From Podarcis tiliguerta (lineage: Eukaryota): a stretch of 64,000 nt of DNA. Made by a program: the position numbers and the translations under genes. Positions 11,401-23,400 of this stretch are shown here, one piece after another (position 1 is the stretch's first letter; each line of letters opens with the position of its first letter). The DNA is taken from NCBI GenBank assembly GCA_965153285.1, contig OZ229117.1. One strand, given 5' to 3'. Under the pieces are notes generated by a model. The model was not told the origin of the DNA, made no database searches, and saw only the letters and a list, made by a program, of their open reading frames with translations.

Positions 11401-14400
11401 GGTCGGGTGGAGGAGGCTATTCTGACCTGCTCCTTCCTCCTTCACTCTTTCCCAGGCCAGCAGAAGGATGGGGTTGCCAGCTCAGGCCTGCTGCATGGCT
11501 GGGTCTCATTCTGAAGGCACCCCCTTTTGTCCAGGCCTTCCCATTGCTCTGAGCCCATGGGAAGGGAGCTGAGCTTCCCGGCTCCCCACCCTGGCTCTGC
11601 CCAGCTCTTGACCACACCTGGCCTTTCTGCAGCAGGAACGAACAGTCCTGGAAACAGCATTGGAAGCCCTTCCTCTGATCCAGATGGGGCTCCTGTTGGG
11701 AAGCTCCACCATGGAGGAATCCACAGTAACTGTGGTGTCTCCTGTGCTCAGCACCACCCTCAGCAGGTACCAGTCTCCTCTCTCCTAGGCACTGAAGAAG
11801 GGGGGGGGGCTTGCTCAGGGCAGCTGGGGAACTGAATGAATTGTTTGGTTGCCAATTACCTATTGGAATCCTTTTGGTACGCAGAGTAAGACATTGTTCA
11901 GAGAATGCATTTTGGTTAGGGGACAGACTTTTATGAGTTACAATCTCACACACAGGGATGTTTGTAGTTAAGATAAATAATAAAGGAGTCTATTACATTA
12001 TTTTTAAAATTATTACTACATTTATAACCCACTTTTTCTCCAAAAAGCTCAGGATAGCTCACATTCTCCTTTTTTCCATCTTATTCTCATAACAACCCTG
12101 CGAGGTAGGTTGGGGCTGAGAGATAGTGACTGGCCCAAAGTCACCCATTGGGTTTCATGGCTGAGAGGGGATTTGAACCCTGGTCTCCCACGTCCATGTC
12201 TCACACTCTAACCACATAGTTGGATAGAAAAGTTCTAGCCTAACAAGTCTAGCCTAACAAGTCTGTACTAGAGCATGGTAGCCATGCTGGCTCCTGTCTT
12301 ATCTGAGAGGATAATTCTTCTTGGAGAGAGAAATGTGAGAAGGAGCAGGAAGTTGTGAAACAGAGTGCAGCCTGAGAATATCAAAAGAGAAAGAGAGGTG
12401 AGCTGAAGAGGTTAATGACACAAAGGTAGTCTGGGAATCTGGAGGTCTCGAACTCTGTTCTATCTGTCCTAACCTACGCAAGACCCCTCTTCTGAAAATG
12501 GAGTTGCACTCAAACTTTCAACAGTAACCCCTCTCCCCACTCCCTACCAGGTGTGACAAAGCCTCCCTGCCCCATGCCTCCTTCCACCTGCTTCAGCCAA
12601 GGGGCCTGAACGTAACCTTCCCATCCAGCTCTGCTCTGGAGCCAGTTCTGAGCCAGCACCCTCAAGTACAAGTCCAGGTAAGGTGGTAGTGGCTTGCTGT
12701 CCGCTGGGTCCTTGTAGGGGGACATAGTGCAGGGCTGGCAGGGCGTGGAGGTGGGGCAGAGGGCACCCCCACAGCTTGCTCTTGCTCTCATCTTCACTCT
12801 AGGTGGCCTCCTTTGCATTCAATCCTTTCCGGCACCTGGATGGGAAGCCGATCAAAAGGATGGCAAGTATCGCTCTCATGGCCAGCGAAGAGTCCATCGG
12901 TGTCCACAATCTTGCAGAGGAAATAGAGGTGAGAATGGATACTGTACTGGAAAGTTCTCTCATCAGGGGGACTCTTCTCTCAGCACCCAAGTGGCATGGA
13001 GAAGCAGCGCTGTCCAAGGTCCAGCTCTGGATCAGAGATAAGCACTTTGTGCTGTATGGCCTGATGGGAGACAATATGTGCTCAAGGACCAGTGGGGGGA
13101 CGGACGGACTGCAGGGCTGACCATAGGCATTCTGTCTACTTCCAGATTGGGCTCAGTGCTGAGGCTAGTGCTGAGGCCCCTCACACTCACTTGACTGGCA
13201 ACGTCAGGAACTTTGACATTGTGGTAAACATCACATCAGTAGAGGATGCCTTGCTAGTATCGGTGGAATCCAGCACAGTGGTCCAGATCACCTTGCACCT
13301 GGGCCTCCAACCTGAGCCCAACAAGAACAGCAGCCTCCTCAACACCACCCTGCCCAGCAGTGGATGGCAAGAGGGTGAGGACTTGTTAGAAGGAAGCTAG
13401 AGGGCAGGTGCTGCTTTGGGACTTCCTATTGGAGCACCTGACTGACCTCTAGGAGAATAGTGCTGGACTAGAATGGCCATTGGCCTGATGCAGCAGGTTC
13501 TTCTTATGCTCGTACATACAACACAATGCTGCATGTATCCCCTTAAAAGTAAGTCTCATTGGAGTTCAGTGAAGTAACTCTCAGGTAAGTGGGCATAGCT
13601 TTGAGGTGTTAACTTCACCGGCTGTTCTGGGTTTCAGCCATAAGACATGACCTGTATGGCAGACTTCCTCAAGCTCGACCCTCCAGATGTTTTGAGACTA
13701 CAATTCCCATCATCCCTGACCACTGGTCCTGCTAGCTAGGGATCATGGGAGTTGTAGGCCAAAAACATCTGGAGGGCTGAGTTTAAGGAAGCCTGCTATA
13801 TGGGAACAATTTACCTCTATAAATAGGGAAAGTTGCAAAAGTATACAGATTGAATCAGCTGTGTTTCAATTATTTAATTGCCCATTAAATTCATTTAATT
13901 GCAAATTAACATGGTGTAGTGGTCAGATTTGCACTGTGGGAAACATCCACGGGAAATTTGATTTAAATCGCTTAGTTAAATCAGCCCGTTTCTTCATGTA
14001 CATAATTGACCAAACCACTTTGATTTAAATCTGTGCACCTGGGAGTAGGCACAGAGGGAGGGGCTTGAGGAGGTGGGGCCAGGCAGGACTGTGTCCCCAG
14101 TGGGGGAAGGTGTGGGTGAGGTCAGTGGGTGTGGTCCCTCTCTGCTCTCTTTGACTCACTGCTCTTGCTTCAGAGGGTACCTACACATGGGTGATTCCTC
14201 CAGAGGAGCTGCAGCATCATGGCCTGGGCACCTACTACATCTCTGCAGAGGTGGCTCCCCTCTCTCAGGGCCCCTGGAACCTCTCCATTCACACCATCAT
14301 CTCTGGATGCTACTACTGGTCCAGCCAGCATCAGGCCTGGAGAAGTGATGGATGCCGGGTATGCAGTAGGGTCAACCAGGCCAGAGGGCTGCAGGGCAGG

Positions 14401-17400
14401 CAAGCAAACCTTTGCTTCCATGCTGGGAGAAAAAAAACGTAGGGCGGAATGTCATGGGGAACCAAATGGAGCAGAACTATTGGGACCTCATCCTCCTGTG
14501 TTGGTTTCTAATGCATCAGTGCTTCCCTCCCAGGTGGGCTCCCAAAGCACCCTCCACAGCACCCAGTGCTTGTGCAACCACCTCACCTTCTTTGGGTGCG
14601 TCGCCTTGGTCCTGCCACACCTGATTGACCTTCACAACACTGCAAAGCTCCTGAGCACCGTGGGCCAGAACCCTTCTGGGCTGGCCTTGCTAAGCAGCTT
14701 GTTGCTGGGCTATGGAGCTGCCCTCGTTTGGGCTCGATGGAGACAGAGAACGGATGTTAAGAAGGTGAGGGGAAAGGGCAAGCAAAAGATTTATGATGGT
14801 GGTTTGGGGTTATTAGCATTTGCAGGCCAGAGACACCCACCCCCCATCTGCCCTCATTCAGGCCCTTCTTGTCTGATGTGCTGAAATGAGGAACAATGAA
14901 AGTTTTTCATTGGAAATGCAAACGGGTCATGAGAGAAGACATTTTACACCGTCTTTTTAGGGTATGAGATATTTATCCAGCAAACAGCTGAGAGCCAGAC
15001 ACCCTGGAAAAGCCGACTTGCTGAAGTGGGGCTTGGCCATTTCTAGGACCACCCACCCCATGTGTGTCTCTCCCCCCTCCAGGTGAAGGTCACAATCCTA
15101 GCAGATAATGAGGCCACCGCCTGCTTCCCTTACCTGGTGCAAGTCTTCACAGGCTACCGCCGAGGGGCTGGGACCTCTGCTAAGGTAGGGGAGGGTCTTA
15201 CTTCCCTGCAGGCCCACTTTGTATTGTTGATGGTACAAGTGCTGCCCATCAAGTTCCATGACCTTGGGCACCTGCCCACAGAATCTGGGCCGAGTCTGGC
15301 AGATCTCTCCCTATCGGGGAGTGGGTGTGTGGGGTGCAGGCTTCTGTGTGACTGGCTGCATGCAAAAGCCTGTCTTTGATGACATCCTTCATGTGCTCCC
15401 TGCTTGGGCAAGGAACTGAGGAAAGGAAGCAATCCATGAACCCCACCCAGCATCCGCCCTCTTTTCCCTTTCCTTGATTGACCCCTTCTCCCTCCTTGGC
15501 TTGAGGTTATCCTGACCCTCTATGGGGCAGAGGGCCGGAGTGAGCCACACCTGCTACAGCACCCCCAGGGGCCCTCCTTTGAGCGAGGTGGGCGGGATGC
15601 CTTCCTCCTTGCCACTCAGAAGTCCCTGGGCAACCTCCACGCCATCCGCCTCTGGCACGACAACACTGGGCCCAACCCCAGCTGGTAAGTCCATGGCCCA
15701 GAGAGGGCTGAGGGTGGGGGCCAAGAGGGTGGGGTTAGAGCGAACCAGACAGCAACTGGGATGCCAGGCAAGGAGGAGGTTGGAAGCACACGACTGGCGT
15801 GGGAGAGTCCGTTGGCAGCACCAGACCTTATCAGATGCTAGTAGGTGAAGGGACACTGCAGCTGGCATACCTAGTCCTCCCATGCCATGGGGTTGTGCTG
15901 CCAGGGCCTGGACACATGCAGAATTCCCAGGTCCTCAAAGATACCTCCTTTCGAGCCTATGCTGAAGAAATTCACAAGATCCCTGTCCAACTGTAGCAAA
16001 ACTAGCATCAGGTCAGTTGGACATTCCAGGGGGACGATGGAACTGTGGCATGGCTTGTCCCACCCAAGGTTCATGCTCACCATGTTAAAGGCCAGCTTTG
16101 GCTCCAGAGGCCACATTGTCATGTCAAATAATGCATATGACCCACCTTTGGTCTGAACCCCCAAACATAAAGGATACATCAGGGAGGGAATACGCTTCCA
16201 TCTCCAGTCTTTTCCCAAAGCTACTGGGCAAAGAATGCTTTATGTATAGGTTAACTTGGAGCAAAGCTTTCCTTGTGCTTGAAGGAAGCCACATGCAGCT
16301 CTCTGCTTTGGCAAGGTAATGAGGGCAGAAGGAAAAGATCCCCACTGCTTCCCTTTAACCTGCAGCTCTTGAGTGATGGGGGAGTGGGGGCAGATCCCTT
16401 GGCTGCAGCTAATGGGCACCACATGACTGCTTGGCAGTGCCACCCATGTGTGGGCAAACGACTGAAAGGCCTGAGCCTCCTGCAGGTTTGTGAGGCGGCT
16501 GGTTGTCTGTGACCTGTCTGCCAAGAAGAAGTGGCATTTCCTGTGTGACTCTTGGCTGGCAGCTGACCTGGATGACGGCCATGTGGATAAAGTCTTTGCT
16601 GCTGCCTCCGAGAGGGATCTCCTGTCCTTCAGGTAAATATGAGCCCCACCCACCCACCTCCTGCCAGTTTGTGGCATCTCTGGAATGTGTTTTTGCCCTT
16701 GGGGTTTTTCTGCCCCTGATCTACCCAACAGGTACCTTGCCTTTGACTGAATTATGCTAAGAACACCTGTGTGAAAAAGCAATATGCAGACATCAAAAAA
16801 TAAAAGTCGGAACGGCAGGCTTTGTCCCAGAATCTGCTTGGAATGACGAATCTCAGACCCAGTGAAGAAAGTTCCTTTGACTATACACAGAGAGGGCCTT
16901 TCTCTCCCACCCATCTGGGAGTTGGGTCTTCCTTCCAGGTCAGAGAGTATGATGCAGCTTCCAGCTCCTCTCCATTCAGAAATTATGTGCAGCAGGAAAG
17001 GACCCTGCTCCTGGCCCTTGACCCTCTCTGGCTCAGCCCCCACCAAATACATCCCTTATCCCACTTCACCAGGTACCAGTTCTGGTCAGGGCTGGTGGAC
17101 AAATTGACGCAGGAGCACCTGTGGCTGTCGGTGGTGACCTGCTCGCCCTGGAGCCCCTTCACCCGTGTCCAGAGGCTCTCCTGCTGCCTGGCCCTCCTCT
17201 GCTGCACCTTCCTCATCAACATCATGTTCTGGAGAAAAGAGGCAGGGTCCAGAAGCCCTGAGGCTGGTGAGTCGGCTGCCAGCTGGAGACTAGCATAGCC
17301 AGTGCCTTTCCTTGTCCCCTGCCCCAACATGATGCAGGTGGGCGCTGGGCTGGGGGCAGGTGAGTGGGTGGGGTAGGGAAGAGGCTGGCTTCCCACCACT

Positions 17401-20400
17401 TGCCGTGGCTCACAGCCCCCAAGGCAGAGCCCTGAAGGGTCCTGTATTTTTGCTCCTGTCCCCATGCTCCACCTTCCATGCATAGGGCTTGTGTGTCTCT
17501 AAGTAGCAATGAGGATTCTAAGCTTCACAATGGAGCTGGGAGTCCCCCTCTGCACCCCGCCCAGCATTTTTGGCATCAAAACTGCCTCAGCCACAGCAGT
17601 GATCCTTTCAGCCACCCCCTCCTCCTGACTGAAGGTCTCTGTCTGCCCCTCCTCTGCCCAGTGTGGTGTAGTGGTTAAGAGCGGTAGTCTCGTAATCTGG
17701 GGAACCGGGTTCGCGTCACCGCTCCTCCACATGCAGCTGCTGGGTGACCTTGGGCCAGTCACACTTCTCTGAAGTCTCTCAGCCCCACTCACCTCACAGA
17801 GTGTTTGTTGTGGGGGAGGAAGGGAAAGGAGAATGTTAGCCGCTTTGAGACTCCTTAAAGGGAGTGAAAGGCGGGATATCAAATCCAAACTCCTCCTCCT
17901 CCTCCTCCTCCCCCCCCTCGCTCCCGAGACAGGGCCTTTTATGGTGACTTGGCACGAGCTGCTGGTGAGTGTGGAAACAGCCATCTTCCTAATGCCAGTG
18001 AGCCTACTGATCAGCCACATCTTCCAGCTGGTCCAGCCCCCAGCCCCAAAGCCTCCGGCTACCAGCCCTGAACTCCTGCAGACTGTGATGCCTCCCAAGC
18101 AGGTGATGCCCATCACACGAGTCAAGCAGGTGAGACCCCCTCCTGACAAGTCCCTCCAGTCAGCAAGAGGTCCTGAGCGGTCAGTCTCCCAGCACCAGCC
18201 TCTGCCCTGATGGGTGCTTGGCACTCTTGCCCTGCTCTCTCCATTGCAGGAGCTGGAGGAGACCCTGGGCTTCCTCTACAAGAACAGCCTCTGCCAGTGC
18301 AGAGCCATGGACAAGTTCCCTGGGACTTCTGAGCAAGTACCAGAGCTTGTGTCTGCTCTGTGTGACCTCATTGAGTCCTACCTCCAGCACCAGAAGGACC
18401 TGGAAGGTCCCCCTCAGGGTAAGAGTAGCTTGTCTTGGCAACGGATGCGAACACCACTCCCTTCCTCTCAGACAGAGAGTGTGCCACCCTTCCTCATGCT
18501 CTGTGCACCAGTTTGTACCTTTGGGGGGCTGAGCAACCCTTGACTCAATTGGAAAGAGGGGGGGGAATTAAGGCTCTGTAGGGTGAGAGTGATGCCTCTT
18601 TGTACTTGTTTCCAGAGAGGCGCTTCAACCTCCACAGCTACCTGAGCCATGTGCTGAATGACTTGGGGACTCAGCTCCGCAGCCTGGATTTGTGCAGCTT
18701 TCCTAACCCCTATGACCATCTGCATGCAGTGGACCAACTACGGAGAGTCCAGCAGCACCTAGAGCAGCAGCAGGCCCAGCCCTGGCCCAGCCCTGAGGGG
18801 CCTGGCAGGTAGCCCCCATCTGGAAGCTCCCCTCATCTATCTCTTCCCCACTCTCCTGGCCCCATTTCCGGGTAACATTATGCAGAGATTGCTCCAAACC
18901 CAAAATAGTACTTGGGGAACAAGTTCCTCATTTGTAAGCTGCTGTGTGGCATCTACTGTACACACCCTACATATGTATACAAAGAAACACACCTAGCTAA
19001 GGCCAAAGTTCCTTCCATGAAATAGCTTGCAGGAAGAAACTAACCAGATGTCTTCACACTCCAGGGAATGCCTTCAGGGGCTGGGCGAGGAGGCAGGTCC
19101 TAGTTGCAGGAGATAGAAGCTGCCCCCCCCCCCAGGACTCACCAGTGAGGATGGGGGTCGCATATGCAGCAGAGTGCTCAAATGTCACCCAGAAACAGAG
19201 TGAGGCAACAGTCCAAGGTCACCACCGCAGTCGAGTTCAGGCAAGGTACAATGCAGCAAGGCAGGGCGATGAGAATCAGGAAATAAGGCACCAGAGACCT
19301 GTATTATTTCCTGCAACTAGAAGGCTCACTAGGGAGGCTTTATATGATACTCTTGTCTCCTAAACTACACTCATCCACAGCCACTGACTGCTTCCTCGCA
19401 AGCAGACTGCTGCCTCTGATTCCAGAGACTGGCAGGGGGAGCTGTTCCACCCCCTGTTCTGACAGTTCCAGGAGTTTTTCATCAGGTACTAACCTGGAGG
19501 GCCCCTGGATCTATAGGGTATCTGGTTCATCTTCAGAGGACTCTGTGTCTGGTCCCGTGTCACACTCAGACCCAAAGCCAGCCAGTTTTCCCAGCCCACC
19601 CAATAATGGTCTTTTTCTTAACTGCCTATTGCTTTTTCTGCTTGGTCTGTGGGACATTTGCCCTCCCCACTGCACAGTTCCCTCCCTCCACTGGTGTTCC
19701 CAAAAGCTGAGGTGCCATTTATTCTCCTGTCTCTGTGTCTCAGGCCCACCGGGCCCAGGAGCGAGCTCAGCAGTTTCCCACTTGAAGACCCTGAGAAGGA
19801 GAGGCCGCCGTTCTCCCACTGTCTCCCCGGGAGATTCAGCTTCGCCTGCTGGCTCACAGTGGGGAGCACCAGCTTGGTTTCGGCCTTCTTCACAGTGCTC
19901 TACAGCCTAGAAATGAGCAGGGACGAAGCTGGGCACTGGGCCATCAACATCCTGCTCTCAGTGCTACAGAACATCTTTGTAATGCAGCCCCTGAAGGTAA
20001 CTTGGTCCTACCTGGGGTGCAGTTAACCTCTCCCCACACCCTTGCCAGAGCCAGCATCTCCCCTCTTCTCCCTGCCTCTACAAATGTCTTTGGTGTTCTG
20101 TGATTCTGCAGCAACCCAGCAAGGTCAGAGGTCTGCAAGGATCCTCAGACCCCACATAAGTCCAGACTGGGTTTAATGCTTGTCCATCTCTCCCCCAATC
20201 TGCACCAGTAATGTGTGTAATGTTACTAACCATTCCATTTGTGGTGGGGCCTCTCTTGCATATTCTGCTAAGAGGGGCCCCAGACACCTGCCCTGTGGGG
20301 CCCCCCAATGGCAACCCTGTTCTCTCTCCTTCCCAGGCGTTGGCTCTGACCTTCCTCTTCTCACTGCTGCACAAGAGGGAGTTGTGGAAGGACAAGGGGC

Positions 20401-23400
20401 AGGAGCAGCAGCTCTGGTGGGCCCTGGGCCTCGTCACAGGTAATTCAAGCTCTCCAAACCCCCCTCCCCGCGCTTCCATCTGCAGTGCTCGATAGGGCAT
20501 CTGCCTGAGCGGCCTCTGACCAAAGGGGGCCTTTTTCCTCTTGCTTGGGACTTTCCTCTCCCTCTAGCAAGGGGCCTACAACTGGAAGCTTATGGGCGGA
20601 AAGACTGGGCAGACCCAGCTTACAGACCCCCTGCCCTCCAGCCAATGGTGCGGCCAAAGGAACGAGCCTTGAAAGACAAGAAGTTGTACTCCTTGATCAG
20701 AGAGATTGCAGGTGAGACCAGGCTCGAAGGCCAGCAAGGGCGTGGATGGGTTGTGCAACACTTCCTGCTCCCTCCCCGCACCAAGCAGGGGTCAAATATG
20801 CTCAGCATGCACACTCCTAAGCATCAGTGGTTAAGGAAGCAAGCAAGACAGAGAATGATACCGAGGCCAAGGCCAGAATGGTGGGAGCGGCACTCGCCTC
20901 TAGGAACATAGGAAGAAACTGCCACATACCATGTCAGAACATTGGGCTTACCTTTCATTTTCATCAAAAAATTGCTTTGCACAGGTAACTACCATAGAGT
21001 TATCAAAATTTTCAAAAGTAGGGGGCTTGGCTTTTGAAAAATAGGGGGTCCTCAGTACTGTAATTAGCTAATTGGGAACCACTGCTATAAACCACAATGT
21101 ATACATAACTCAGTGGGTGCAGAATCTGCTCAGGACAAATCTTCAGATGTAATTTGCAACCTTTAAACCACCAGCAGGGAACACCATACCGGGGCGGCAT
21201 AGAGAGCGGGGTGCGGTCCGCCCCATATGTCATCTCTGAAGGGGTGACAAAATGGCGCATGCGGGAGGGTGGCACTTACCGTGGGGCCTGGCCTGCAGCA
21301 CGCCCAAGCCAGGCGTCTTCTGAGACTGAGGTGGTGGCTTGGGGCCCTGTGCTGCCCGAAATGGCAGCGTGGGGGGGCTTGCGTCCACCAGGCGGACTCA
21401 ATGGACAGATCACTACGCTGCCGCCCCCCTGCTCCCGCCGCTCCAGGTGCCGGAGCAGCTAGCTACGCCCGGTCATACCTGCAGCGGGCGGGTTGCTTAG
21501 ACCTGGAAGGGGTTATAATTTGGCCTGTGATGTTGTTCCCCCCCACGTCTTCTGGCTGTAGGGATGCAAAATCCAAAAGGACAAACTGTTTCAATCCACT
21601 TTCCTTTTCTGACACCCAGTGCAGCTTGTGTTCCTGGCTGTGCTGATGGTCCTCAGCTATACTGAGAGAAGCCCCAATGAGTTCTACTTTAACAACGCCC
21701 TCCAGAAGACCTTCACATCCCACCTGGAAGACATCCTTACTCCAGAGGAGTTGTACAGGTGGATCAGGGTGATTCTGCTGCCTGGCCTCCATGGCGATTC
21801 TGAAGGTGAGCAGCACAAGGAGCAGAGATAAAAGAGACATCCTTCTGTATACAGGCAGCCCTCTGCTTATGGGCATTCTTCTTGTGTGTGACTGCTTTTA
21901 TGCGGGTCACCACAAAACGAATGACTGAATAAATTGAAACAGTGTGCCTTCCCTTGCTCAGGGCTGCTGCCTGGAAGTCTCTTTTTGCTGCTCACTCGCT
22001 GCAATGGGAGGGATTGTGGGGAAGGCTCAAGGCAGCAGCCTCAAGTGAGGGAAGGTGTGCCGGGCAGTGGCCCCAGCAGCACATGCTGTATAAAATATAA
22101 AAAACACGGCCTCTTTAGGCTTTTTCAGTGTTGCCAAAGCTGAAACCTGAAATTTACCCAGCTTTTCACATCTGTACAAACAGGTGTGCGTCTGTGTGTT
22201 TTGCTTCTAAGCAGCACATTTCTCCCCTCTCTCAATCTCCCAGGTTTGGCCATGGATGGAAACTCTTTCCTTGTGGGTAGCGTGCGGCTACGGCAGATCC
22301 GAGCCACAGGAGCCCCACCAAAGCCAGGGCTAGCTTTTCTCCCACTCCAAGAGGGAAAGCAGGGTCCCACGGCCAGCTGGGGGCCTCCTGCTGCAGGTGG
22401 GAGAGGTCAGGCGAGTGCCTGGGTCTTCCAGAATGAGAGCACCCTGCAAGAGTACCCCATCTGGGGGAAATTTGCTCTCTATCCGGGAAGCGGCTACCTG
22501 GCAAACCTTGGCAGAAACAAAAGCTACGCCTGGAGGTATGTGGACTGAGGGAGCTGCAGAACAGGCATCAGGTACTGAAAGCTCCAGGGGCTCTTTCTGG
22601 GCAGGTGTATCTCAGTCTCTGCCCACTATCTCCTGATCTGGTGAAGCTGTGGGAGAGGGTAGGTGAAAGCTAAAGACCCACAGTCCTGGCTAACAGTAGT
22701 GAATATGGCATTGCTAGCTGAAGTCTGGCAGGTGGTACTTGGGGGAGAACTGATCAACTGGGCAGGGCATGCAATAGTAAACTAGAGTTGTGTTTCTCTT
22801 CCCCTGCCGCCAGTAGATTTAGGTACAGCCCTTAGAATTCTCTCCCACTGCAAGGTGGATACACAATACAACTTTTTCTGCACCATTTCCACCAGAACCC
22901 TTCGCTATCTGGAACGGAACAACTGGCTGGACAAAAGCACACGAGTCGTCTTCATTGAGTTTGTTGTCTACAATGCAAATGTCAACCTCTTCTGCGCAGT
23001 CACGCTGATCTTGGAGGCCAATGGGATAGGCAAGAGCGTGTGGTAGAGACAAAGGGGGCCTAGCCCTGCAATGGGCCTCAGAGGCAGGATGGCTGTCCTG
23101 GGGCTGTTGGGGAGGGAGAAGGAGAAAAGGTGTTCCCTCTCCCTGGGAGCCAGCCTTGCTTGCAGCCTCCATGCTTGACCCTGTGCCTGTTTCTGTGGCA
23201 GGGGCCTTGTTCAGCAAATCGGAGCTGCAAATTCTGCGCCTCTATCCAGACCTCCAGCTCGTCCTCCAATTTATCTGTGCCCAGATCACCTTTCTCCTGC
23301 TCATACTATATTACATCTTTGTGCAGGTGAGCAGGGCCTCTGTGAGGCAGCTTAGTTTCCTTAGCCTAGCACCCTCCGGATATTGCTGGACTACAACTTC

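Noticed and set aside
16240-17052. 270-aa minus-strand ORF, and other antisense ORFs over PKD1L3 and ATXN1L
   Set aside because: No recognisable homology or splice context; most are shadows of real exons on the other strand.
17656-17730. tRNA gene
   Set aside because: The A/B boxes continue into a SINE body and simple-repeat tail, so this is a SINE head.
6084-20572. Splicing of the upstream paralog into PKD1L3 channel exons to rebuild an 11-TM chimera
   Set aside because: The paralog donor is phase 2 while the normal acceptor (20568) is phase 1. Only a weak AAG 4 nt downstream would be in frame, and 21 exons would have to be skipped. No sequence support.
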